Origin: an uncultured Nitrososphaerota archaeon
GTDB taxonomy: Archaea > Thermoproteota > Nitrososphaeria > Nitrososphaerales > Nitrosopumilaceae
DNA: 64,000 nt
Direction: 5' to 3'
Assembly (NCBI GenBank): GCA_963701075.1
Contig: OY969559.1
Coordinates: 352,001-416,000 of the forward strand
The translations under genes were made by a program, and so were the position numbers. Of the stretch, positions 1 to 10,336 are shown piece after piece. The number at the start of each line of letters is the position of its first letter. Within the stretch, counting starts at the first letter, position 1. Below the pieces are notes generated by a model. It did no database searches. It was not told the origin of the DNA and was given only the letters and a program-made list of their open reading frames with translations.

Positions 1-1
1 G

Positions 2-148
2 CGAAAAGGTGTGCAGATGGCATTTTCACTCTCAGAGTTACCAGAGCCAGGCGAGGTAGAAAATCTTGGCAAGAGATGGAGACCATACAGAAGTATAGCT
101 ACTTGGTATCTCTGGAAAAGCCTACAAAAATTTGACAAGATCGGATGA
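2..148 (+). CDS. alkA: DNA-3-methyladenine glycosylase (AlkA/HhH-GPD family), 3' end only
   Basis: Manual translation RKGVQMAFSLSELPEPGEVENLGKRWRPYRSIATWYLWKSL...*; WRPYRSxAxxYLW is the AlkA C-terminal signature; truncated by the window edge. Confidence 0.85.
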   Translation, partial: RKGVQMAFSLSELPEPGEVENLGKRWRPYRSIATWYLWKSLQKFDKIG

Positions 149-162
149 TCTTATTAGGAAGG

Positions 163-454
163 GTGACCAAAGTAGGCCACGACCTCTATCAATCCTGATA
201 CAGAGGAAGCCATACGACAGAGAGCGGAATTCTACAATAGTGAGAGTGTAGACAATTTTATCAAAAAGCATGGTGTGCCAAAAACTCGACAGTCACTACG
301 AGGCTTGGTGGAACTAAAAATGAATAAAAAAGATGATGCGGAGATGGAGAAAGCGGTTGAGCTCCTGGGGCATGTATATTTTCAGGTTCATCCACAACAG
401 GTCAATATAAGAGACAAGGCAAACGGGAAACTAATTGTTTCCATCCGAAAATAA
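163..454 (+). CDS. Small hypothetical protein (~96 aa); probable 1-nt indel near 175
   Basis: Open frame TTSINPDTEEAIRQRAEFY...LIVSIRK* ending at 454; GTG at 163 is one base out of frame with it; not in the ORF track. Confidence 0.5.
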
Positions 455-520
455 ATCAAGATCCATTCCAATGAATTAAGTAGTGCCAGCCTAGCAGGAT
501 TCTATCAAACTGAAAAAAAG

Positions 521-2218
521 ATGACTGCGGTTGTAGAATATTTCCCAGAGGAATTTGAGCCAAGACGGATACAGAAGGACATATTGCGTGGCATAGAGCA
601 GCAGCTCAAGTCAGGATACAAGATTGTTGTTCTTTCTGCACCTACAGGAGTTGGCAAGTCACTCATTGCCGCTACACTTGCACGATACTATGGTAAATCG
701 TTCATAATTACTGCCTCAAAACAACTCCAGGATCAGTATTCAAAAGATCTCAAGTTTCTCAATCCTGTCAAGGGAAAATCCAACTTTGCATGTCTTAAAT
801 TAATGGAACACCAGGGAATAGAAAAATTAGATGTAAAGCAAGCCATACAGAGAGGACTGACATGTGAGAAGGGATTATGTGAAGAGACAGTCAAGGTAAA
901 AGGAAAGGAGGTCAAGGAGAGCTGCAAATTCAAACCTAAAATTGGTGAATTGCAACCCGACTCGAAGAATCCACAGTGCATTTACTATGAACAAAAATAT
1001 CGTGCCCTAATTTCTGATCATTCTATTTGGAATTATGCATCTTATTTTCAGCTTATGAGATTTGGCAGAAAGGCATATGCAGATTACATCAGTAAACCAG
1101 TTGCAATCTTTGATGAGGCCCACAAGATAGAAGACCAGATAATTCAGTTCATTGGTGTGGATATTTACAATGGGCAGATACAGGAATGCGAAATTGACAT
1201 CAAGAGTTATTCCCTCAACGACATGGAACATGTCATTTTATTGCTTGACGATCTTGCAAGATCATATTCAAAGCAAATCAAGGGTCTTCAGGAAAGTAGG
1301 TCGTTTCAGACAAATCCAGATTACATGCTGCTCGCAAAACTTGAATCTCGATATGAAAAGATGGCAAATGCCCGAGTCGAACTTGAATCAAACAAGGAGA
1401 ATTTTGTCCTAAATGACCCTTACTTTGATGAGAGGGGAAATTTTAGATCGCTTTCAATAAAACCACTTGATATTTCAAAATATGTCAAGGCGTTCTTTGA
1501 CATTGAGACGCAGATCTTCATGTCAGCTACCATAGACAAGGCAAGTTTTTGTGAAAATACGGGTCTTGAGCCCTCAGATGTTGCTTTTGTAGATACGCCC
1601 AAGTCGCCTTTCTTGCCTGACAAAAGAAGAATCAATTTTCTAAACATTAGAAAGCTCAGCTATTCATCAAGTAAGGATGACGAGCTTGCAGTGATATCCA
1701 AGATTGATGAGATATTATCACAGCATGCCAATGAGCGAGGCCTTATACTTACTTCCTCTGAGAAAAAATGCTTTGATATACGAAATCATCTCTCAGAGAA
1801 GAACAAAAGTAGAATTAGAATTTGTCACAGCAGAAATGAAAATGGCATGACCCAAGATGAAGTGATTCAAGAACACGCCATGGATGAAAATGGTGTGCTA
1901 CTTTCATCTTCATTATGGGAAGGCGTTGATTTGAAGGATGATTTGTCAAGATTTCAGATAATAGCAAAGGTACCATATCCTAACCTGAGCGAAAAAAGAA
2001 CGAAAAACAAGATGCAGAAATTTCCCTTGTGGTATAAATCGCAGACGCTTGTAAAACTATTGCAGGGCTTTGGAAGGTCAATTAGAAGCGAGCAGGACTG
2101 GGCCGTGACATATGTGCTCGATACTGCAGCATATGACCTGTTGCTTCAATGCAAATCAATGGTACCAAAATCATACCACGATGTATTGGGATTTCCAAGT
2201 TATCCAGGATCTACCTGA
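521..2218 (+). CDS. DinG/Rad3-like (helicase C2) ATP-dependent DNA helicase
   Basis: Walker A APTGVGKS, DEAH box, SAT motif III, WEGVD, QGFGRSIRS motif VI; Cys cluster in the N-terminal half. Confidence 0.9.
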   Translation: MTAVVEYFPEEFEPRRIQKDILRGIEQQLKSGYKIVVLSAPTGVGKSLIAATLARYYGKSFIITASKQLQDQYSKDLKFLNPVKGKSNFACLKLMEHQGIEKLDVKQAIQRGLTCEKGLCEETVKVKGKEVKESCKFKPKIGELQPDSKNPQCIYYEQKYRALISDHSIWNYASYFQLMRFGRKAYADYISKPVAIFDEAHKIEDQIIQFIGVDIYNGQIQECEIDIKSYSLNDMEHVILLLDDLARSYSKQIKGLQESRSFQTNPDYMLLAKLESRYEKMANARVELESNKENFVLNDPYFDERGNFRSLSIKPLDISKYVKAFFDIETQIFMSATIDKASFCENTGLEPSDVAFVDTPKSPFLPDKRRINFLNIRKLSYSSSKDDELAVISKIDEILSQHANERGLILTSSEKKCFDIRNHLSEKNKSRIRICHSRNENGMTQDEVIQEHAMDENGVLLSSSLWEGVDLKDDLSRFQIIAKVPYPNLSEKRTKNKMQKFPLWYKSQTLVKLLQGFGRSIRSEQDWAVTYVLDTAAYDLLLQCKSMVPKSYHDVLGFPSYPGST

Positions 2219-2267
2219 AAAATTTCAGAATTAGACTAGATACATTGCTTTTAGCTGAAAATAAAAT

Positions 2268-2573
2268 TTAGCACGCAATCTCGTGTATTGGGTTTTCAAG
2301 TTCTGCAAGCGTAAATACAAACCTGGAACCCTCAAATTCTGTTGTGCCTTCTCGTTCCCAGTTTACCTTGTATGTCTTTGTCACATGCCCCCCGACAATT
2401 GAGATTGTCTGTGGTACTGCCTCATACAGTTTTTCCACCTTATCTTTATCTCGTGTCATCAGCAAGGATCTACGCCTTTTCATGAGATATTTGATGGCTA
2501 CGTTTTTGTGTTGATGGCCCTCGACTTCTATCTTCTCACTACCAAGGTCTATGACAAATTTTCTTTTTACCAT
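2268..2573 (-). CDS. Conserved hypothetical protein (MVKRKFVIDLG...)
   Basis: ORF track; start moved to ATG 2573; no recognisable motif. Confidence 0.7.
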   Translation of the reverse strand: MVKRKFVIDLGSEKIEVEGHQHKNVAIKYLMKRRRSLLMTRDKDKVEKLYEAVPQTISIVGGHVTKTYKVNWEREGTTEFEGSRFVFTLAELENPIHEIAC

Positions 2574-2678
2574 GCCTCTAAATGGAGATTTTCTACAAAA
2601 GATGGAATGACAAATCAGAGCTAGCATCTACATTAAAAATTATGACAAAATCTCATGAGACAGATGGTTTGTGAAAAT

Positions 2679-3362
2679 TTAAGGGGAATAAGTATTAGGC
2701 CCATAGCCATTGGACGGAAGGTCTAGGTGATATCCCTGGCATACGAAATTTGTAACTTCCCTGTATTCTGATTGATCCTCAGAGGCCATTCTGTAATCTT
2801 GTTTGTTACTATCATCATACACCCAGTATGCATTTACTTGACATTGATCATACTCAAGTGTGTACAGTAGCGTCCCATCACCTGTAATCAAATCAATCTT
2901 GGTATCAAAAACTGGGTTTATTTCTTGGTTGTTGTTATTGGTTCCAAGAATCTGAATTGATGTAGATACCAACTGATAAAATTGAGTTTTATCTTTACTT
3001 GGCAAATCTACAAGTTGAAATTGAGACTCTACATTACTGGAGATACGTGGTGTGGTTCTATAGTTTTGAACTGTTTGAGAAAACCCAACCAGTCTTTGAA
3101 ATGAGTTTATTGTTATTTGTGAGTCCACTCCAATTGGGTTATTTTGAATATTAACAAAGTGTACCACTATTGATGTAACACGATCATCATCGCTTGGAGT
3201 ATTGTCCGTTGCGGTAACCTGTGAGATTGGAACTTGATCTAATCGTTGTTGTGTCATATACTGTACTCCCTTTAGAAAATCAGCATGAACAGTTAATGTA
3301 AACATGACAGCAGTCAAGGAAAAAGATACGATTATCACTATCAAAAGCAGCTTAATTTTCAT
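2679..3362 (-). CDS. Secreted hypothetical protein, possible Hcp/tail-tube-like beta fold
   Basis: N-terminal signal peptide (MKIKLLLIVIIVSFSLTAV...VHA); beta-rich body with two Cys. Confidence 0.7.
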   Translation of the reverse strand: MKIKLLLIVIIVSFSLTAVMFTLTVHADFLKGVQYMTQQRLDQVPISQVTATDNTPSDDDRVTSIVVHFVNIQNNPIGVDSQITINSFQRLVGFSQTVQNYRTTPRISSNVESQFQLVDLPSKDKTQFYQLVSTSIQILGTNNNNQEINPVFDTKIDLITGDGTLLYTLEYDQCQVNAYWVYDDSNKQDYRMASEDQSEYREVTNFVCQGYHLDLPSNGYGPNTYSP

Positions 3363-3418
3363 GAAATATTTATGGCAACTTTACTATTAAGCTCTTCATA
3401 TTTTAGATCCCCTAGAAA

Positions 3419-3495
3419 TGGTGGGACCGGCCGGACTTGAACCGGCGACCTCTAGCACCCCAGGCTAGCATCATACCAAGCTAGACTACGGTCCC
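3419..3495 (-). tRNA. tRNA-Pro(GGG), CCA encoded
   Basis: Reverse complement GGGACCGTAGTCTAGCTTGGTATGATGCTAGC-CT-GGG-GT-GCTAGAGGTCGCCGGTTCAAGTCCGGCCGGTCCCACCA folds as a cloverleaf. Confidence 0.97.
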
Positions 3496-3566
3496 TCAAG
3501 TTGCTGGGAATTGTTGAAATTATTAAATGGTAGGATTAACTTTTGTACAAAAATTTGGCCTGATTG

Positions 3567-4709
3567 CTACAGCCACTTGTCAAGTCGTTCTTTTTCAAAC
3601 TTTTCCTTTTCTATAAAATAATCAGGTGATGAGGCATCTAGCTCAGTTATAGGAGCTGGAGTTGCATACATATCAACTCGAATGTACCCTGCAGTCTTTT
3701 TTCCTGTTTCCAAGAAACAACCTCCCTTGCCATCAAATATAGCAGCTTCCTGTTCTTTCTTGATTTTAGATATGATGTTTCTTGCAACAGTTATTCCTTC
3801 GTTCTCTGCAAATATTCCTGCCTTTGGAACTGCTATCTTGTCTGTTACCATTATCTGATTTACGTCACCTATCGCGTATACATTTTCAAATTTTGTCTTG
3901 CATGCTCTGTTCACTTCGATAAACTTGCCTGGCTGCGCAAGCCCGCAATCAACTGCAACAAGAGGCACCTTATGAGGAGGGACTGTAATTAGTAAGTCAA
4001 AGTCTGCTTCTCCAGATTCAAATTTGAGTTTGTTTTGTTCTACTGATATCGTCTTGTGGTTTCCGTGAAACTCTATATTTTTTGATTTTAAAATCTGCAA
4101 GATTTCCTCGCTTACCTTAGGGCCTCCAGCTGGAAGGGTGATGGGAGTAGGGCTGTAAAAGTCCATTTGAGTGGAATTGCTGGCCCCGGTCTCTTCAAGA
4201 ACTGATCTTATCAAAAGTGCTGCTTCAAATGGCGCTGGAGGACATTTGTATGGCAGGCCCGTAATTGCAATAGATATCTTGCCTGATTTTATATGACGTA
4301 TTGCATCTCGAATCTTTGGAACGTCATTTAGGTCATATAATACCAAACTGTTTTCCTTTAGTCCTGGAATCTGCTCTGGTGCTAGCTCAACACCCAGTGC
4401 AATTATCAGATAATCATAATGTAGTCTTCGATAGCTTGTTCTTACGATTTTGTTCTCAAGGTCTATCTTGACTGCTTCTTCATTGATAAATTCAATTCCC
4501 TTTTTTGTAACAGTTTCAAGTTGTCTCTTTGAGGTCTCAAATTCTCTCAAACCTGTAATTATCCAGAGCTTGACTAGGTCCATCATGAACCAGTCCTTTT
4601 TGTCAACTATTGTAATTCGGGTATCCTGAGTAAGGCCCTCACGAAGCTCGTTAGCAGCGGCAAGCCCGCCAAATCCTCCACCCAAAATTACTATGTTCGT
4701 TGGTCTTAT
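3567..4709 (-). CDS. FAD-dependent oxidoreductase, sulfide:quinone oxidoreductase/FCSD-like
   Basis: IVILGGGFGG dinucleotide motif (frame open upstream of 4685, true start uncertain), YKCPPAPFE, VYAIGD, PKAG, C-terminal GGCF. Confidence 0.8.
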   Translation of the reverse strand: MRPTNIVILGGGFGGLAAANELREGLTQDTRITIVDKKDWFMMDLVKLWIITGLREFETSKRQLETVTKKGIEFINEEAVKIDLENKIVRTSYRRLHYDYLIIALGVELAPEQIPGLKENSLVLYDLNDVPKIRDAIRHIKSGKISIAITGLPYKCPPAPFEAALLIRSVLEETGASNSTQMDFYSPTPITLPAGGPKVSEEILQILKSKNIEFHGNHKTISVEQNKLKFESGEADFDLLITVPPHKVPLVAVDCGLAQPGKFIEVNRACKTKFENVYAIGDVNQIMVTDKIAVPKAGIFAENEGITVARNIISKIKKEQEAAIFDGKGGCFLETGKKTAGYIRVDMYATPAPITELDASSPDYFIEKEKFEKERLDKWL

Positions 4710-4725
4710 GCCAAAACGCCACTCA

Positions 4726-5469
4726 TTATCTTTCTTGGGTTGTTGGCCTTATGGTTATTTCGTTTACGTTCATGTGTGATGGCGATTCTATGGCAAACAG
4801 TATAGAATTTGCAATGTCTTCTGACTTGAGGGCCTGCATTGTCTTTGCAGATTTTACAAATGTTTCAAGCGATTTATCAGTAATAGTATTTGTAAGTTCG
4901 GTATCCACTACTCCAGGCTCTATTGTTGTAACTCGAATATTGTTTCTTGTAGAAAGCTCTTGTCGCAACCCTTCACTAAATGCCCTGACTGCATATTTTG
5001 TTGCACAATATACACTTCCTGCAGGGAAGACCACTTTTCCTGCAACTGATGAAATATTTACAATGTGACCAGAATTTTGCTTTAGCATGTGAGGGAGTGC
5101 AGCAGCTGTACAATACAAGACGCCCTTGATGTTTACATCGACCATTTGTTCCCATTCATCAACTTTGAGATTCTTCACAAAGCTCAATGGCATAAGACCT
5201 GCATTGTTGACAAGAATGTCCACTCTGTTCCATTTTTTTATTGCAGCATCAATTAGATTATCACAATCACCGCGTTTTGTAACATCACATGATATCGCAG
5301 TGCATTCACCCCCAACTTTTTCAATTTCTTTTTGCAGTTGTTCTAGCTTGTCTTTTCTTCGTGCACCAACAACAACCTTGGCACCAGCCTTTGCTATTGA
5401 TAACGCAGTGGCATAACCAATCCCACTGCTTGCACCGGTCACTACAGCAACTTGACCTTTTATTGTCAT
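4726..5469 (-). CDS. Short-chain dehydrogenase/reductase (YdfG-like)
   Basis: TGASSGIG, NNAG, catalytic YCATK. Confidence 0.92.
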   Translation of the reverse strand: MTIKGQVAVVTGASSGIGYATALSIAKAGAKVVVGARRKDKLEQLQKEIEKVGGECTAISCDVTKRGDCDNLIDAAIKKWNRVDILVNNAGLMPLSFVKNLKVDEWEQMVDVNIKGVLYCTAAALPHMLKQNSGHIVNISSVAGKVVFPAGSVYCATKYAVRAFSEGLRQELSTRNNIRVTTIEPGVVDTELTNTITDKSLETFVKSAKTMQALKSEDIANSILFAIESPSHMNVNEITIRPTTQER

Positions 5470-5589
5470 GCTAAAAATCATTTTTCATCAGTGTGCATTG
5501 CGTAAATAAGTCTTGTCAATTAATTCCAATAATTATAGAAATTAACTTTGTTTCTTAACACTAAATTAGGATCAGATGTGATTTAAACC

Positions 5590-5817
5590 ATGGAGCAATT
5601 TGACTGTGCATATTGCGGAGAAAAGCAGGACCTTCCGTTTCAATGCAATTACTGTAACGACAAGTTTTGTGCAGAACACAGATTGCCAGAAGATCACAGG
5701 TGTGTCAAGCTACACCAGATAAGAACAAGAAGATTTGGAGAAAACAAGGTTCAGAGAAGAAAGGGGATTGGAAGACAGGGCTTCATAAAACGAGTATTTG
5801 GCAAGTTTGGTCAGTAG
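5590..5817 (+). CDS. AN1-type zinc finger protein
   Basis: CAYC...PFQCNYCNDKFCAEHRLPEDHRC pattern. Confidence 0.9.
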   Translation: MEQFDCAYCGEKQDLPFQCNYCNDKFCAEHRLPEDHRCVKLHQIRTRRFGENKVQRRKGIGRQGFIKRVFGKFGQ

Positions 5818-6083
5818 AGAGCTTTTTGTGGATTAAATTTTGATAGTTTTGCTTGATAAAACAGGGCAATTGCCAAAGCTAACAACACGCCTGCAGTCAA
5901 CCAGTTAGACACTTGCATGACAAGATAAGCTATTCCAAATCCAACACACATTAGTGCCTGAGTTAGTAGCTTTATCCAGTTTGATATCTTGGCTGTTCTG
6001 CTAATCATTTCTATGACAAGCATGCCTACAACAGGATACAGTATGATTTCAAAGTAAACATAAAGGTCTGTCTCATTAGGCAT
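5811..6083 (-). CDS. Small membrane protein (3 TM)
   Basis: Three hydrophobic segments; directly follows GINS. Confidence 0.7.
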   Translation of the reverse strand: MPNETDLYVYFEIILYPVVGMLVIEMISRTAKISNWIKLLTQALMCVGFGIAYLVMQVSNWLTAGVLLALAIALFYQAKLSKFNPQKALY

Positions 6084-6110
6084 ACCATGTCACACTGTGT
6101 TGTCTAATTT

Positions 6111-6675
6111 CTAGTCTTCCCAACTTATCTTTACTGCTACCTTTTTGGCAATTAGGGCACGCGCGTTCTCAAACGGTAAGGTTGCAACATCTTCAGCTTC
6201 AAATGGACCATATGTCTGAAGATCCGTTCCCACAATCTGGTCTATTGACTTGAGAAATCTCACAACAATAGTTCTAGACCTATGATTTTTTGCTACTGTC
6301 TCAAGAAGCTTTAATCTTCCATTTAATGTTGCAGAGAGAATGGTCTCCTTTCTCTGCCTTCAGCTCATCTTCAGAATCTAGAATGAATCTTTCTTCATCA
6401 AGAAGATTTGAGTAATCAATCTCTTCCAAGCCCGTTGCTTTCTCAATTCTTATTTTTAGAAGAAGTGATGTCATTTCGGTTATCATTTTTACAAGCGAGT
6501 CTTTGATCTTTGATTCAGCTCCGTCATAGTCTTGGTTTTTTAAATTTCCAAGAAATTCTGCAATGTTGTTATACAGTTTAGAATCTAGCTCTTGTACTGA
6601 ATCGTTTTCTACTTCTCTAACAAGCAAGGCATACAATGAATTTGCATCAATTTTTTTTATTTCTGACATTTCCAT
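6111..6675 (-). CDS. gins51: DNA replication complex GINS subunit (Gins51-type); apparent frameshift at 6361
   Basis: Helical A-domain (ORF 6301..6684) joins B-domain IVVRFLKSIDQIVGTDLQTYGPFEAEDVATLPFENARAL when C6361 is removed. Confidence 0.85.
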
Positions 6676-6728
6676 ACCCAACAATACTTAAATCATAGAC
6701 TCCTTTGTGTTATGATCAAGGTGCAAAA

Positions 6729-8191
6729 TTGCCATATAAAGTGATTGGTGGAGAACCAGTATCAGTTTCTTATTCAGCTGATGAAGTTTTTGCAAAGATA
6801 AAAAACGAACAGATAAAATTCATTGATTTACAATTTACAGGTCTTAGGGGAAGATTTCATCATACAACAATTTCAGCTAACTTGTTTACTCCTCAACAAA
6901 TGCAAGATGGTTTACCAAAGGCTGAGATGGATCTTCAATTGTAGGATTTGCCTCTGTCCAAGACTCGGACATGATACTCAAGCCAGATCCTAGTACATTT
7001 GCGGTAATTCCCTGGATGAAAAATTCCAAGACAGCCAGGTTGATTTGTGACATATATTGGGGGTGGGGAAAAGGCAGGCTAGAATCTGACCCAAGAGGCA
7101 TAACGCAAAAGGCAGAAAAGTATCTCACTACACAGGGTTTTGATACAAGTTATTGGGGTCCAGAGGTAGAGTTCTTTGTTTTTGACAAGATCCAATGGGA
7201 TGTGTTAACGCCATACAAGGGCCAGTCATATTCAATTGAGTCAAAAGAGGCCCCATGGAGCCAAGAGGGAAAAGGATACCCAATGGCACTAAAGAAGGGA
7301 TATTATCCTAGTACCCCTGCCGACACTTTGACAGAATATAGAAATGATTGTGTAGAGTGCTTGAGCGAGTATTTTGGAATTTTATGTGACAATCATCATC
7401 ATGAGGTAGCAACTGCTGGACAATGTGAGATCGACATAAGATATGACACCATGACAAACGCTGCAGACGGCGCACAAACTTACAAGTATGTTGTAAGAAA
7501 CATTGCCACAAAATATGACAAGGTTGCCACCATGATGCCAAAACCGATTTCTATGGATTCGGGCTCTGGAATGCACACCAATGTAAGCTTGTGGAAGAAT
7601 GGCAAGAACATGTTCTATGACAAAGATGACAAACAAGAGATAAGCCAAGTTGCAAGGTATTACTGCGGTGGAATCATGAATCATGCACGAGCGTTGTCTG
7701 CAATTGTTGCACCCACGACAAATTCCTACCACAGATTGGTTCCAGGATATGAGGCTCCTGTGTATATTGCATGGAGTGCAAGCAACAGATCTGCAATAAT
7801 TAGAATTCCTGCTCATTTCAAGGGAGAAAAATATGAAAAGATTAAGAGATTAGAGTTTAGGGCTCCTGATCCATCTTCAAATCCATATCTTGTATTTGCA
7901 GCAGTTCTTGCTGCAGGACTTGATGGAATTAAAAAGAAGACAGACCCAGGAGATCCAGTTAACGAAGACATTTACAAAATGACTAAAGTTCAGCGTGATG
8001 CAAAGGGAATCAAGGACTTGCCTGCCACGTTAGGAGAAGCGCTTGATGAACTTGAAAGTGACAGGGAATTTCTCAGTCCAATATTTTCAAATGATACCAT
8101 TGACAAGATAATCGAGGTAGAAAGGGCAGACGACCATGAGATCTCAATAAGACCTCATCCTCACGAGTTTTATCTCTATTTTGATATCTAG
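6729..8191 (+). CDS. glnA: Glutamine synthetase type I; apparent frameshift at ~6921-6925
   Basis: FIDLQFT, DGSSI, HHEVATAGQCEI, MPKP...GSGMH, NRSA, RLEFRAPDPSSNPY; split over two ORFs. Confidence 0.96.
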
Positions 8192-8467
8192 ATTCGTCCT
8201 ATTGCGGCATATACTAGAAACAGCGCTAGTGCCAGAACAACTAGACCGATGATAAGATAGGCTCTCCTGTGACGTTCGCCAGAACCTGCCTTGTAAAGAG
8301 AGACGGCACCTGCCAGACCTACAAAGAGAATCAATGTTCCCACTATGACGGGGTCCCAAGCACTATGAGTAATGACAGGATAAAAAGTCTCCAGAGAGCA
8401 GCGCAAAGAAAACCGCCAAGTAGACGTATTTTGCACCAGCCAAGATTTTGTTGCTGCCTAGCTGCAT
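8188..8467 (-). CDS. Small 3-TM membrane protein; apparent frameshift at 8388
   Basis: MQLGSNKILAGAKYVYLAVFFALLSG joins FYPVITHSAWDPVIVGTLILFVG... when one base is removed. Confidence 0.65.
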
Positions 8468-8520
8468 AGGATTGCCTATCTAGATTAGTCAAATAAACCT
8501 TTGAGAAGAAAAAATTCTTT

Positions 8521-10216
8521 TTATTCCATGCCCATAGGTGGCATACCCATACCACCCATGCCGCCCATTCCTTCCATACCGCCCATACCACCCATTCCTC
8601 CCATGCCGCCTGGAGGTCCACCGGAAGTTTTGGTTACTGAAATCACATCATCAATTCTTAGAATCATACATGCGGCCTCTGTTGCAGATGAAATTATCTG
8701 GTTTTTTACTGCCAATGGTTCAAAGATATCTGTGGCGTGCATGCTTGCTACCTGACCTTTCATGACATCAATGCCAGTCCACTTGTTTCCTTTCAATTGT
8801 TTTGATCGCAAGGAAGCAAGGGTATCAATTGGATCCATTCCTGCATTCTCGGCAAGCGTGATTGGAATTACTTCAAGAGAATCGGCAAATTTTTCCACCG
8901 CTAGCTGCTCTCTTCCTTCAAGTGATTTTGCCCATTCTCGAAGCTTTGTTGCAGCATAAGTCTCTGGAGCACCCCCGCCAGCTACTATCATTGGGTTTTC
9001 CATTACATCTTTTACAACCATTAATGCGTCATGAACAGACCTTTCAACTTCATCAACAACTCTTTGAGAGCCTGCTCTTACAAGAAAAGTTACTGCCTTG
9101 GGATGCTTGCATCCTTCAACGAATACCCATCTGTCACTTTCGATCTTTCGCTCTTCTACTAGTTCAGCAGAGCCAAGATCCTTTTCAAATAAATCATCAA
9201 GATTTGTAATCATTCTTGCACCAGTTGCTTTTGCAAGTTTTGCCATATCACTTTCTTTTACTCTCCTAACAGTAAGAACTCCTGCTTTTGCAAGATAGTG
9301 TTGTGCCATGTCATCTATACCCTTTTGACAGAACAGAACATTAGCGCCAGATGCAACTACCTTGTCAACCATGTTCTTGATCATTCTGCCTTCTTCGTCA
9401 AGAAATGACTTCATCTGTTGTGGGTTCTGTATGTTTATCTTGGCATCAAATTCCGTCTTGTCAATCTCAAGTGCGTTGTTTATTATGGCAATCTTTGCCT
9501 TTTCAATCTTCTTTGGCATTCCGCTGTGGACAACTTCTTTGTCAAGTATGATTCCTTTTGTAAGGCTAGAATCTTTTATCGAGCCACCGGCCTTTTTTTC
9601 TACCTTGATATCATCAATGTCTACTCTGTATCCGTCCTCGGTCTTTTCTGCAACTGCTACTACTGCCTTTACTATCATGTCTGCCAAGTTTGCAGAGTCT
9701 CTTCTGACAAGTTTTGTCTGCATTGATGTCCTTGCTATTCTCTCAAGAACATCTTTGTCAGTAGGAGAAACCTTATCTGCTATCTTTTCCAAAAACTCTT
9801 TTGCTTTGTGGGCAGCCTTTCTGTAACCATCAACTATTATTGTTGGATGAACATCCTGCAAAACAAGAATTTCGGCATTTTCTAAAAGTGCACCTGCAAG
9901 TATTACGGCAGAGGTTGTTCCGTCTCCTACCTCATTATCGGTTGCCTTGGAGATCTCAACTAGCATCTTTGCTGCGGGATGCTGGACATCAATTTCCTTT
10001 AAAATAGTAGCACCGTCGTTTGTAATTGTAACATCGCCAAGTGAGTCTACAAGCATCTTGTCCATTCCACGCGGACCAAGGCTAGTATGAACGATCTCTG
10101 CAATCAGACTTGGCTGCCGAGATGTTATTTTTCTGGGCGTCACGGCCCTTGGTCTGCGTTGCACCGTCTTTTAGTATAACAACTGGAATTCCTCCCGATG
10201 AGGCTTGAATCGACAT
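8521..10216 (-). CDS. ths: Thermosome (group II chaperonin) subunit; apparent frameshift at 10108
   Basis: [27 protein letters not shown] tail; N-terminus [18 protein letters not shown] lies in the adjacent frame. Confidence 0.96.
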
Positions 10217-10336
10217 ATTTTAGCTGAGATCGATTTTCCCTTATTATTTCTTTATGTAGACCAAAACCCATGATCTACCGAATTTTTGATAATGCAGAAC
10301 GATGTTTTTAAATTAGGAAAAGTGAGCGAACAATGC

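Noticed and set aside
8521-8620. GGM tandem repeat and Pro-rich antisense ORF 8501..8755
   Set aside because: Ordinary chaperonin C-terminal GGM tail; the antisense ORF is its shadow
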